Source of the DNA: Acholeplasmataceae bacterium
Lineage (GTDB): Bacteria > Bacillota_I > Bacilli_A > Acholeplasmatales > Acholeplasmataceae
Direction: 5' to 3'
Length of the DNA stretch: 64,000 nucleotides
Assembly: GCA_963667565.1 (NCBI GenBank)
Contig: OY763415.1
Location: 992,001 to 1,056,000 of the forward strand
Position numbers and translations under genes: made by a program
Shown here: positions 49,841-59,530 of the stretch, in pieces
Numbering within the stretch: the stretch's first letter is position 1
Layout: each line of letters opens with the position of its first letter
Notes under the pieces: generated by a model
What the model was told of the DNA's origin: nothing
Database searches by the model: none
What the model saw: only the letters and a program-made list of their open reading frames with translations

Positions 49841-50815
49841 ATGATGAAACCTACAATTAGAGATGTTGCTAAAAAAGCAAACGTATCTGTGTCGACAGTA
49901 TCAAGAGTGATTAACCAAAAAGGTTATGTTCATGAAGATACAAAAATATTAGTCAATAAAATTATTGAAGACCTTGGATTTATTCCAAATCAATTAGCAA
50001 GAAGTTTAACCAATCGTAGTTCTAAAATCGTTGGGGTCATTGTACCTCATATCGGTCCAAGTTTTTATGGTGAACTTTTAGAAGGCATTGAGTCACAAGC
50101 TGCTGCTTATGGATATAAAATTATGTTTTGTCATACTCAAGATGATCCAGAGCGTGAACTTGAATATTTGAAATTCTTTGAACAATATAATATCGAAGGA
50201 TTAATCATCGCTTCTAACTTTTCAAACACAGATAAGTTAGCAGATTTGAAAATACCAGTCATTACAGTCGATCATATTCTTGATGAAAACATTCCTTCTA
50301 TTACTTCTAATAATGTCAAAGGTGGCGAACTTGCTGCTGAAAAACTTATTCAAGCAGGTGCAAAAAAGATACTTGTGTTTAGAGGACCCTCTTTCCTAAT
50401 TACAACCATGGAAAGAACTATTGGATTTTTAAATGTATTAAAGCCTAACGATTTATTTGCAGATATCTATGACTTTGACCTAGTTAATCCAGATACTAAA
50501 CTACTTGAAGAAATCTTAAGAAACAATCCTCAAGCTGATGGCATATTTGCATTTTCTGATACTCTAGCCATTACGACACTACATATTTTGCAAAAATTAG
50601 GAAGACGTGTTCCTGAAGATGTTCAAATTATCGGTTATGACAATACACCATTTAGTAAATGGGCAACACCTTCAATTACAACAATTCACCAATCGATTAA
50701 ATTTATGGGACAACAATCATTTGTTAATCTCAATCGTTTAATTCGAGGTGTTGATGTTGAAAGTTTACATGATATTATTGATGTTAAACTTGTAGAAAGA
50801 CAATCAACTAAATAA
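49841..50815 (+). CDS. LacI-family transcriptional regulator
   Basis: TIRDVAKKANVSVSTVSRVIN HTH plus sugar-binding domain. Confidence 0.95.
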   Translation: MMKPTIRDVAKKANVSVSTVSRVINQKGYVHEDTKILVNKIIEDLGFIPNQLARSLTNRSSKIVGVIVPHIGPSFYGELLEGIESQAAAYGYKIMFCHTQDDPERELEYLKFFEQYNIEGLIIASNFSNTDKLADLKIPVITVDHILDENIPSITSNNVKGGELAAEKLIQAGAKKILVFRGPSFLITTMERTIGFLNVLKPNDLFADIYDFDLVNPDTKLLEEILRNNPQADGIFAFSDTLAITTLHILQKLGRRVPEDVQIIGYDNTPFSKWATPSITTIHQSIKFMGQQSFVNLNRLIRGVDVESLHDIIDVKLVERQSTK

Positions 50816-50816
50816 C

Positions 50817-50848
50817 AAAATAGGAGCAAATATTTGCTCCTATTTTTT
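50817..50848. terminator. Bidirectional terminator
   Basis: aaaataggagcaaa/tttgctcctatttt perfect inverted repeat between convergent genes. Confidence 0.85.
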
Positions 50849-52696
50849 ATGCAGAAATATCATCCCAGAGAGAGGCCCAAGTTTGGGCTTGATGATATAT
50901 TTAAATCCATCTTTATCCATTCTTTGTGTATGCAATTGTCTACCATTATACTGGTCACTTCCAAAATAAATACCTTTATCGCTATTTAAGATTTCTTCAT
51001 ATCTTCCAGCTCTTGGAACACCAATCTCATATGTTTGATGTACATTAGGTGTCATATTTAAAACAATGATTAAAGTTTCATGATCACTATATCTTATATA
51101 TGCAAACACACTTTGTGCTTCATCATTGACAACACTCCATCTAAATCCTTTAGGATCATGATCATATTGGAATAATGCAGGATGGTGTCTATAGACTTGT
51201 GCTAAATCTTTAAAGTATCTATTTTGTTTTTGATGCGCTTCAATACCAAGTAAATGCCAATCAATTTCTTCTTTAAAAGCCCATTCGCTAAACTGTGCGA
51301 ATTCTTGACCCATAAAGAGTAATTTCTTACCAGGATGAGTCATCCAAAGTGTAAGTAATAATCGCCAATTTGCAAGTTTTTGAAAATAATCTCCAGGCAT
51401 TTTATTGACTAAACTACCTTTCATATGAACAACTTCATCATGTGAGAAAGGCAATACGTATTGTTCGGAAAATGCGTATACTAAGCCAAATGTGATTTTA
51501 TGGTGATGATATTTTCTATGAATAGGATCTTCTTTAAAATACTTTAAGACATCATTCATAAAACCCATATTCCATTTATAATTAAATCCTATGCCACCAT
51601 CATAAGTTGGATGAGTGACTTTAGGATAAGCTGTTGAATCTTCAGCCATAAATAAGAATCGATCATCTTTACCGAATAAATGATGAGATAATTGTTGAAT
51701 GAATTTAATCGCGTCTTGATTGACACCTTCATTTGAATTACCTAAATAATAGATCAGGTTTGCGACTGCATCAATTCTATACCCATCAACATGGAAATAA
51801 TCCATCCAATAAGTTAATGCTGAAAGCATAAAACTTCTTGTAATCCCTTTTGAAAAGTCTAAATTGTTTGTACCCCATACTTCATTTTCTCTTCTATGTT
51901 TATCATCAAATTCATAAAGTGGAGATCCATCAAAATATGATAGTCCGTGAGCATCTTTACAAATATGACCTAAAACCCAATCAACAATAATTCCTATACC
52001 TGCTTGATGCAAACGATCAATTAAGTACATCAAATCTTTAGGTGAACCATATCTTGAATTTGTTGCATAAAATCCAGTCCCTTGATACCCCCAAGAATCA
52101 TCTAGCGGATATTCATAAATAGGTAGAAATTCAACATGTGTAAATCCTTGTTCATGAATATATGAAATGAGTTCATCAACGATTTGATTATATTGTTTAA
52201 ATTGTCCATAGGATTTTTTCCAAGAACCAAAATGCATTTCATAAATGAGTACGGGTTCCTGATATGGTTTTTTCTTAAAATAAAACCAGTCTTGATCATG
52301 CCACTGATAGTGGTCAACATCACAAACTTTTGAAGCTGTTCCTGGTCTTACTTCAGCATAAAATGCGAATGGATCAGATTTATATAAAATATCACCTTGA
52401 TGTGTATGAATCTCATACTTATAAAGTTGATATTCATGATTTCCAGGTATCGTAATTTCAAAAAAACCATGATGTGATATTTTTGTTAATACATGTTTCC
52501 ATCCTTCATACTGATTAAATTCCGAAACCAGTCTAACTTCTTTTGCATTTGGTGCATAAACCCTAAAGGTTGTACTTTCAATTTGATGATGTTCATTAAA
52601 ATTGATATGTGCTCCCAAATACTCAAATAAATCTGAAGATTCTCCATTAAAAAATCTTTGAATCATATGGTCATCGATTTTTTTCATGATTACCAC
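50840..52696 (-). CDS. glgB: 1,4-alpha-glucan branching enzyme
   Basis: SWGYQ, GYRIDAV, AEDST, SHDEVVH and HPGKKLLFMG motifs (start may be ATG 52687). Confidence 0.94.
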   Translation of the reverse strand: MVIMKKIDDHMIQRFFNGESSDLFEYLGAHINFNEHHQIESTTFRVYAPNAKEVRLVSEFNQYEGWKHVLTKISHHGFFEITIPGNHEYQLYKYEIHTHQGDILYKSDPFAFYAEVRPGTASKVCDVDHYQWHDQDWFYFKKKPYQEPVLIYEMHFGSWKKSYGQFKQYNQIVDELISYIHEQGFTHVEFLPIYEYPLDDSWGYQGTGFYATNSRYGSPKDLMYLIDRLHQAGIGIIVDWVLGHICKDAHGLSYFDGSPLYEFDDKHRRENEVWGTNNLDFSKGITRSFMLSALTYWMDYFHVDGYRIDAVANLIYYLGNSNEGVNQDAIKFIQQLSHHLFGKDDRFLFMAEDSTAYPKVTHPTYDGGIGFNYKWNMGFMNDVLKYFKEDPIHRKYHHHKITFGLVYAFSEQYVLPFSHDEVVHMKGSLVNKMPGDYFQKLANWRLLLTLWMTHPGKKLLFMGQEFAQFSEWAFKEEIDWHLLGIEAHQKQNRYFKDLAQVYRHHPALFQYDHDPKGFRWSVVNDEAQSVFAYIRYSDHETLIIVLNMTPNVHQTYEIGVPRAGRYEEILNSDKGIYFGSDQYNGRQLHTQRMDKDGFKYIIKPKLGPLSGMIFLHKK

Positions 52697-52702
52697 TCCT
52701 TA

Positions 52703-54661
52703 TTATTTTTTTATATGAATAATATAAATACCAGGTTGATCAAGGTAAATTGCGTCATCTTCAGTAAGTGCTTTTTGTGATGGGAAAATCAAATCACCAT
52801 CAAATAGTGGAAGTTTTTCTAGCTCATAGTAGTTTTTGATATAATGAACTAATTTATCTTTTTCATCTTCTAGTGTATAAACGAGTAACTTACCTTCTTT
52901 TTTGATTGTAACTTTTTGGTCATCATATGTTGGTAAGCGATAGAGTTTATATTTCTTTCTGATCTTTAATAATTTTGTTAATTGTTTAACTCCAAATTCA
53001 TAAGGTCTCCATAAAATTTTGTTGATGTCATCAGAGGATTCATAAGAATTTTCTACACCTTTTTTACTTCTATAAAATTCTTGTCCTGCATGATAGAAAG
53101 GAACACCTTGCGAAATAGCAATTAAATGATTGGCAAAGTCTTGAGCAACTTTAAAATCTGGAAATTCAAATCCATGATTTTTTACCATTCTATCATAAAA
53201 AGTAAGATTATCGTGACATTCAACATAATTTATACTTTGTGTAGGATAAGTAAACATATGATTGGAACCGGTCACTAATTTCATGGTGTGTTGATATTGA
53301 TGTCCACCCATTGCAAATCCAATCTCTTCTGTATCAAGTTTACCTTTTAATGTGTTTCTAAAATCATCATTAAAATGTGCATAATATTTAAATTCTGCTT
53401 GATGATACATATTTGATCTTAAACGATTAGGTACTGCAGTGTCCATATTCCAACCTTCACCATATAGCATGATGTTTGGATTCACTTTTTTAAGTTCTAT
53501 TTCAATTAAACGCATTGTATCTAGATCTAATAATCCCATAAGGTCAAATCTAAATCCATCCATTTGGAATTCTTCTGCCCATTGTCTTAAACTATCAACG
53601 ATAAGTCTTCTTACCATATAATGTCTTGTTTCTAAGTCATTACCACAATAAGAGCTATTTGTCATTTGATTTTGATCATTGTGTCTATAAAAGTAACCAG
53701 GAACTAAATGATCATATGGAAATGTATGGTGATTAAATACATGGTTATAAACAACATCCATGTTAACACCTAATTTAATACTGTGTGCATATTCGATCAC
53801 ATGCTTTAATCCATTGATTCGATCATATGGATCATCAGGATTTTTAGCAAACCAACCTTCTAACACGAAGTATTGACTTGGATTATATCCCCAATTGTAT
53901 CGATTTGATTTATCCCATTCGTCAACGAGTTCAAAGTCATAAATAGGAAGTAACTGTAAATGTGTCATTCCTAATTTTTTAACATAATCAACAACTGTAC
54001 CATTAAGTTTCTTACTTGGCTCAATAAGACCATCGAAAGTACCTGGATTTTCGACATCTAAAGTGATGCTCATATCTCTTACATGACCTTCATAAATCAC
54101 TGCATCCGTATACTTTTTCACCTTAATTGGTGTTTTTTTCATTTGATGTGAGTTTTTCCAATCAATAATCGTGTTACCGAATGTCGTCGCAGCATTTGCA
54201 TATGGATCTTTGACATCTTCAAATGTTTGATAAAGTCTCACTTGATAATGATATGTAAGTTTTTCTAAATCACCTTTAACTGTTATTTTCCAAATAGGCT
54301 CTTCATAAGTCATTGGATAAACTTCTTCACCAACAACAAGTCTTACTTCTTTAGCTACTGGTGTAAATAAGTAAAATGATGTTTCATCTTTACTATAAAT
54401 ATACCCAAGTGGTCCATCATAACGGAATTTTTTATCAAATTGATCTTTTAAAGTCACTAATCCTATTTCTAATGGGTAGTCTTGATCATTAATTTGGACA
54501 AATTCATTTGCTTGAATATCAATATCTTGATCAAAGGTAAAATATTGATTTTGGTCATGATTGGATTGCCAATGACCTACTTGATTACCTATCTTTACTT
54601 GATTAATATAAGTATTTGATTCAATTCTAATTAGTCTTAATTCATCTATAAAAATTCTCAT
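52703..54661 (-). CDS. pulA: Type I pullulanase (intracellular)
   Basis: YNWGYNP, DVVYNH, GFRFDLMG, YGEGW and YVECHDN motifs; no signal peptide. Confidence 0.9.
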   Translation of the reverse strand: MRIFIDELRLIRIESNTYINQVKIGNQVGHWQSNHDQNQYFTFDQDIDIQANEFVQINDQDYPLEIGLVTLKDQFDKKFRYDGPLGYIYSKDETSFYLFTPVAKEVRLVVGEEVYPMTYEEPIWKITVKGDLEKLTYHYQVRLYQTFEDVKDPYANAATTFGNTIIDWKNSHQMKKTPIKVKKYTDAVIYEGHVRDMSITLDVENPGTFDGLIEPSKKLNGTVVDYVKKLGMTHLQLLPIYDFELVDEWDKSNRYNWGYNPSQYFVLEGWFAKNPDDPYDRINGLKHVIEYAHSIKLGVNMDVVYNHVFNHHTFPYDHLVPGYFYRHNDQNQMTNSSYCGNDLETRHYMVRRLIVDSLRQWAEEFQMDGFRFDLMGLLDLDTMRLIEIELKKVNPNIMLYGEGWNMDTAVPNRLRSNMYHQAEFKYYAHFNDDFRNTLKGKLDTEEIGFAMGGHQYQHTMKLVTGSNHMFTYPTQSINYVECHDNLTFYDRMVKNHGFEFPDFKVAQDFANHLIAISQGVPFYHAGQEFYRSKKGVENSYESSDDINKILWRPYEFGVKQLTKLLKIRKKYKLYRLPTYDDQKVTIKKEGKLLVYTLEDEKDKLVHYIKNYYELEKLPLFDGDLIFPSQKALTEDDAIYLDQPGIYIIHIKK

Positions 54662-55950
54662 TGTTTGTTTGCCTTCTTTGTTCTAATCATCATAGGCTCT
54701 TGATCTAAAATGACTTTTCCTTGTTTTACTTCAATTGATTTTTGATTAAATATATTGGTGTAAAGTCCATCTTTTAAATTTAATATGATTGATGATTGTT
54801 GTTCTAGATTGAAGATACCTAAAAGAACATCATTATCTTTCTCATAAGTAACCAAAACGGCACCATTTTGATTTTCGATATTAAAATGTCCATCTCTAAA
54901 TAGCGCATCTTTTTTAAGTGTAATAAGTCTTCTAATGAGCGGTTCAACAGACTTATTTTCATCCCAAACGATAAGGTCATCATCAAAAAGTGATGGTTCA
55001 TGTGTCGCTTGGTGTTCCATACCATTATAAATAAACGAAGGACCTTTTAAGAAAAATTGGAATGTAAGCATTTGAATAAAGTGTGCTTCATCTCTTGTTC
55101 TAAAACGAAGACGTTTTTGATCATGATTTTCAAAACTTCTTAATTTAATATAATTTCTTGGATACATCGTTTCTTGTCTTTGAATGGCTTCAATCCATTC
55201 ATTTAATAATGATGGATCATCTAAATAATGATACATGTAATCAAAAATATCATAGTCATAACAAATATCAAATGCTTGATACATTTCACTATCTGTAAAA
55301 CAATCGTAATCCAAGCTTCTTAAATATTTGATAAACCCTGGATGAACAGATTCTGTTAACCAAATAAATGACTTATCAAGTGTTTCAATTCTTTGTCTTG
55401 CTTCTATCCAAAAATCAAGAGGAATCAGTGGTGCAACATCACATCTAAATCCATCAACTATTTGTGCCCAGTAATATAACATATCAGACATATATGACCA
55501 TACTTCTTTGTTTGTATAATCTAGGTCAGTGATATCACTCCAGTCGCCAATACGATTGGCAAATTCACCTTTTTCATTGTGATAAAACCATTCTGGATGT
55601 TCTTTTGTAAGTACGGAATCTCTAGATGTATGATTAATCACGATATCCATCATGACTTTTAATCCTTTATCATGTGCTAGTGAAACAAGTTTTTTGAAAT
55701 CATCCAACGTACCATATTCAGGATTAATTGCATAATAGTCATAAATTGAATATGGACTTCCCTTTACCCCTTTTCTAGATTTTATACCAAGTGGGTGTAT
55801 TGGAAGCAGATAAAGGACATCAATGCCCAGACCTTTAATACGATCTAAGTCATCAATAATCCCTTCGAAATTTTGTTTATTTGAAAATTGACGTGGAAAA
55901 ACTTGATAAAACGTCATTTGACGAATATCAAGATTTGTGTTTTTTGCCAT
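54658..55950 (-). CDS. GH13 alpha-amylase family protein
   Basis: GSPYSIYDY, DIVINH, GFRCDVA and ENHD motifs. Confidence 0.88.
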   Translation of the reverse strand: MAKNTNLDIRQMTFYQVFPRQFSNKQNFEGIIDDLDRIKGLGIDVLYLLPIHPLGIKSRKGVKGSPYSIYDYYAINPEYGTLDDFKKLVSLAHDKGLKVMMDIVINHTSRDSVLTKEHPEWFYHNEKGEFANRIGDWSDITDLDYTNKEVWSYMSDMLYYWAQIVDGFRCDVAPLIPLDFWIEARQRIETLDKSFIWLTESVHPGFIKYLRSLDYDCFTDSEMYQAFDICYDYDIFDYMYHYLDDPSLLNEWIEAIQRQETMYPRNYIKLRSFENHDQKRLRFRTRDEAHFIQMLTFQFFLKGPSFIYNGMEHQATHEPSLFDDDLIVWDENKSVEPLIRRLITLKKDALFRDGHFNIENQNGAVLVTYEKDNDVLLGIFNLEQQSSIILNLKDGLYTNIFNQKSIEVKQGKVILDQEPMMIRTKKANKQ

Positions 55951-55978
55951 CCTATTGACTCCTTTATCTTTTAATTAC

Positions 55979-58357
55979 TTATTTAAAAATTCTAGATAAA
56001 TGCCAAATATCTTGATTATAATTTTCTATCGTTCTATCTGCAGTAAAGAATCCTGAGTGAGCGATATTCATGATTGATTTAGATAACCAACCTTTTTCAT
56101 CTTTGTATGCTTCATTAGCAATTTCATGTGCTTTTACATAACTATCAAAATCTTTTAATACAAAGAAATAATCACTATTTAATAAACTATCTTTAATTGG
56201 ATTAAAGTAATTTGGATTTGTATTTAATGTTTTAATAAAATCAAATGCTTTAATAAGTCTTGGATCTTGATTATAAACTTCTTTAGGATTGTAAGTTTTA
56301 GTACGATAAAGTTCATTGACTTCATCTGAACTCATACCAAAAATAATTTCATTTTCTAATCCTGCTTCTTTTACAATCTCAACATTGGCACCATCCATAG
56401 TACCAATCGTAATTGCACCATTCATCATAAATTTCATATTACCTGTTCCACTTGCTTCTTTAGAAGCAGTTGAAATTTGTTCAGATAAATCTGCAGCAGG
56501 CATGATATATTCAGCATATGTCACATTGTAGTTTTCAACAAAGACTACTTTTAATAATTCATTGGTATCAGGGTCTTTGTTAATGACATCTGAGACAGAT
56601 GAAATAAGCTCAATAACCATTTTAGCAATAAAGTAACTTGGTGCTGCTTTAGCTCCAAAAATATATGAATGAGGAACATAAGCATCTTTAAATGCTTGAT
56701 CTGATTTTAATCTTTGGTAAACATAGATGACATGTAAGATATTCATTAATTGACGTTTGTATTCATGAAGACGTTTAACTTGAATATCAAACATAGAATT
56801 AACGTTAAGTTTAACCCCTTCTTTTTCAAATATGTGGTCAGCAAGTGCTTGTTTTTTAGCAAGCTTCATTGCTTTAACTTTTAGCTGAGTATCTTCGTCA
56901 TCTTTAAACTTATCAAACGCTTCTAGTTTAGACAAATCAAGACGCCAATCAGTACCAATTTTTTCGTCTAAAATGTTTACTAATTCCTGATTTGTATGGA
57001 TTAACCAACGGCGATGTGTAATACCGTTAGTTTTATTATTGAATTTTTCAGGATACATATGATAGAAATCTTTCATTTCGATTTCTTTTAAGATTTCAGT
57101 ATGAAGTGCAGCTACACCATTGACGCTATATGACCCATAAATACAGATATGTGCCATTCTCACTTGATTGTGACCTAAGATAGCCATGTTTGCAATTTGT
57201 TCTTCATTAAATATGTTTTTATTTTGTAAATCTATTAAGAAACGACGGTCAAACTCTTGAACGATTTCATATATTCTAGGAAGTAATTTTTTGAAAATGT
57301 CAACATTCCATTTTTCTAAAGCTTCTGATAAAATCGTATGATTTGTAAATGCACAAGCATTTTTTGTGATTTCCCATGCTTCATCATATTCTAGACCTTC
57401 TTCATCCATCATCAGTCTCATAAGTTCAGGAATAATGAGTGTTGGATGTGTGTCATTGATTTGGAACACATAATAATCACCCAAAGTACGAATATCTCTT
57501 CCAGCATTTTTATGTTCTCTAATTGCTGACATAATACCTGCAGCACTAAATAAATAAGATTGTTGTAATCTTAATAATTTACCATCTATTGTTGAATCAT
57601 CTGGATATAATTGATCATCAATACGATCAACCATGTCAAGATATGCTTGGTCTTGATGATCTTGTTTATCAGATGGCTCTGTTGACCATAATCTAAGGGT
57701 TGTAACTACACCATTTTGATCTCCTACAACCTTAACATCATAAGGAACTGCTTTTACCCATGTAGGATTTTTTAATTGTGTATGTTCTACAAAACCAAAA
57801 AATGGAATATCTACTGCTTCATCTTCTCTTTTTGTTTCCCATACAAATGGTTGTTCTAACCAAGCATCAGCATGTTCTACTTGTTGATGATTTTTAATTT
57901 CTTGTGTGAAAAATCCATATTGGTATCTTAAACTATTACCATATAACGGTAATGATATAGATGCTGCAGAATCTAAAAAACATGCAGCTAGTCTTCCTAA
58001 ACCACCATTTCCTAATCCAGCATCAACTTCACTGTGTTCAACTGCATTTAAATCAATACCTAAATCTTTAAATGCTTCTTTAACTAATTGATAATGCCCA
58101 CTATTTTGAAGATTATTAGTAACAAGTCTACCCATTAAAAATTCCATTGAGAAATATATAGCTTTCTTCATTTGGTTTTGAGCGACAAACTCATTTGTTT
58201 TTTGATGTGAATCAACTAATCCTCTATCCAAAAGTGTTGCTAATACATAATATTGCTCATACACTGTACTTTCTTTTAATGTTTTATTGTATTGTGTATT
58301 AAGTGTTTCAATAAACACCTTCTTAAATGTTTCTTTATTGTCAAAAATCTGCGTCAT
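55979..58357 (-). CDS. glgP: Glycogen/maltodextrin phosphorylase
   Basis: GLGNGGLGRLAAC, KRLHEYKRQ and EASGTGNMKF motifs. Confidence 0.96.
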   Translation of the reverse strand: MTQIFDNKETFKKVFIETLNTQYNKTLKESTVYEQYYVLATLLDRGLVDSHQKTNEFVAQNQMKKAIYFSMEFLMGRLVTNNLQNSGHYQLVKEAFKDLGIDLNAVEHSEVDAGLGNGGLGRLAACFLDSAASISLPLYGNSLRYQYGFFTQEIKNHQQVEHADAWLEQPFVWETKREDEAVDIPFFGFVEHTQLKNPTWVKAVPYDVKVVGDQNGVVTTLRLWSTEPSDKQDHQDQAYLDMVDRIDDQLYPDDSTIDGKLLRLQQSYLFSAAGIMSAIREHKNAGRDIRTLGDYYVFQINDTHPTLIIPELMRLMMDEEGLEYDEAWEITKNACAFTNHTILSEALEKWNVDIFKKLLPRIYEIVQEFDRRFLIDLQNKNIFNEEQIANMAILGHNQVRMAHICIYGSYSVNGVAALHTEILKEIEMKDFYHMYPEKFNNKTNGITHRRWLIHTNQELVNILDEKIGTDWRLDLSKLEAFDKFKDDEDTQLKVKAMKLAKKQALADHIFEKEGVKLNVNSMFDIQVKRLHEYKRQLMNILHVIYVYQRLKSDQAFKDAYVPHSYIFGAKAAPSYFIAKMVIELISSVSDVINKDPDTNELLKVVFVENYNVTYAEYIMPAADLSEQISTASKEASGTGNMKFMMNGAITIGTMDGANVEIVKEAGLENEIIFGMSSDEVNELYRTKTYNPKEVYNQDPRLIKAFDFIKTLNTNPNYFNPIKDSLLNSDYFFVLKDFDSYVKAHEIANEAYKDEKGWLSKSIMNIAHSGFFTADRTIENYNQDIWHLSRIFK

Positions 58358-58422
58358 AAAAACCTAAACTCCTTTAATCATTTGTCACTTATATTTTACC
58401 ATAAAATGGTTTATTTAACGTG

Positions 58423-58436
58423 TGCTACCGTTCTCA
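58423..58436. promoter_or_regulatory. LacI/cre-like operator
   Basis: TGCTACCGTTCTCA, one mismatch to TGWNANCGNTNWCA, upstream of glgP. Confidence 0.55.
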
Positions 58437-58460
58437 TAATCGTCAAAAAAGGGTAAAAAT

Positions 58461-59528
58461 TTACCCTTTTGTAGCACCTGCCATAATACCTTCAATTAAA
58501 TATTTTTGGAATGCCATATACAATGCTGTAATTGGTGCCCCAATTAATATAGCTGCAGCAGCGAATGCTGAGTAATTTAAATATTGAGAATCATTGATGA
58601 ATTTATAAATACCAACTGCTAAAGTCCATTGAGATGTCGTATCTGTATCGATAGCACCTGATCTAGGAATGGTTAACAAATAACCTGGTAACATATAATC
58701 CATCCATGGTCCCATAAACATAGAGACTGCTACGAATGTCAAAATTGGAACTGATAAAGGTAAGATGATGCTTTTAAAGATTTGGAATTTGTTTGCGCCA
58801 TCTATCATTGCTGATTCATCAAGATCTTTTGGAATTTGACTCATAAAACCTTTAATTAACCAAAGGTTACCAGGAATCGAACCACCAATATATAAAATAC
58901 TTAAGTAAGCAGGTCTACCTAATAAACCAAACTTCCAAAATAAAACATACATTGCAAATAGACCCATAAATGAAGGGAATGATTGAAGTACTAAAATCGT
59001 TAGTAATCCACCTTTTTTACCTTTAAATTGGAAACGTCCAAAAACATATGCAGCACCTGTAATAACAACAGTACCTACAAGCATATTAATAACAGCAATC
59101 AACAGTGTGTTTTTATACCAAGTTGTAAACATCGTTTCTTGGAATAAATATCTAAATGCATCAAATGATGGATTTTCTGGCCAAATGGTCGTAGGAACAC
59201 TTGTTCTAATATCTGACATTGCTGTACCAAAAATATAGATAACAGGAATTAATACAACAATAGTAACAGCAGCAATTTCTGCTGAAATTAATACTCTTGA
59301 TAAAATTGATTTAACACTAAATACTTGTCTAATACCTATTTTCGAAGATTTTCTTCTTTCAGGTTTATTTTTATAAATATAAAAACCTAAAACAGGAATT
59401 AATCCAAGAAGACCAACAGTAGTACCTTCATATCCTCGTTTTTTTGCATATGCAACAACAAGTGATTGATGAGATAAAAGTATGACAATGGTAAGGAAAC
59501 TAATCCATATTGTTTGAAAGTTACCCAT
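58461..59528 (-). CDS. malG: Maltodextrin ABC permease, MalG-like (N-terminal extension)
   Basis: EAA-like loop LDESAMIDGA; C-terminal AGATKG. Confidence 0.88.
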   Translation of the reverse strand: MGNFQTIWISFLTIVILLSHQSLVVAYAKKRGYEGTTVGLLGLIPVLGFYIYKNKPERRKSSKIGIRQVFSVKSILSRVLISAEIAAVTIVVLIPVIYIFGTAMSDIRTSVPTTIWPENPSFDAFRYLFQETMFTTWYKNTLLIAVINMLVGTVVITGAAYVFGRFQFKGKKGGLLTILVLQSFPSFMGLFAMYVLFWKFGLLGRPAYLSILYIGGSIPGNLWLIKGFMSQIPKDLDESAMIDGANKFQIFKSIILPLSVPILTFVAVSMFMGPWMDYMLPGYLLTIPRSGAIDTDTTSQWTLAVGIYKFINDSQYLNYSAFAAAAILIGAPITALYMAFQKYLIEGIMAGATKG

Positions 59529-59530
59529 GA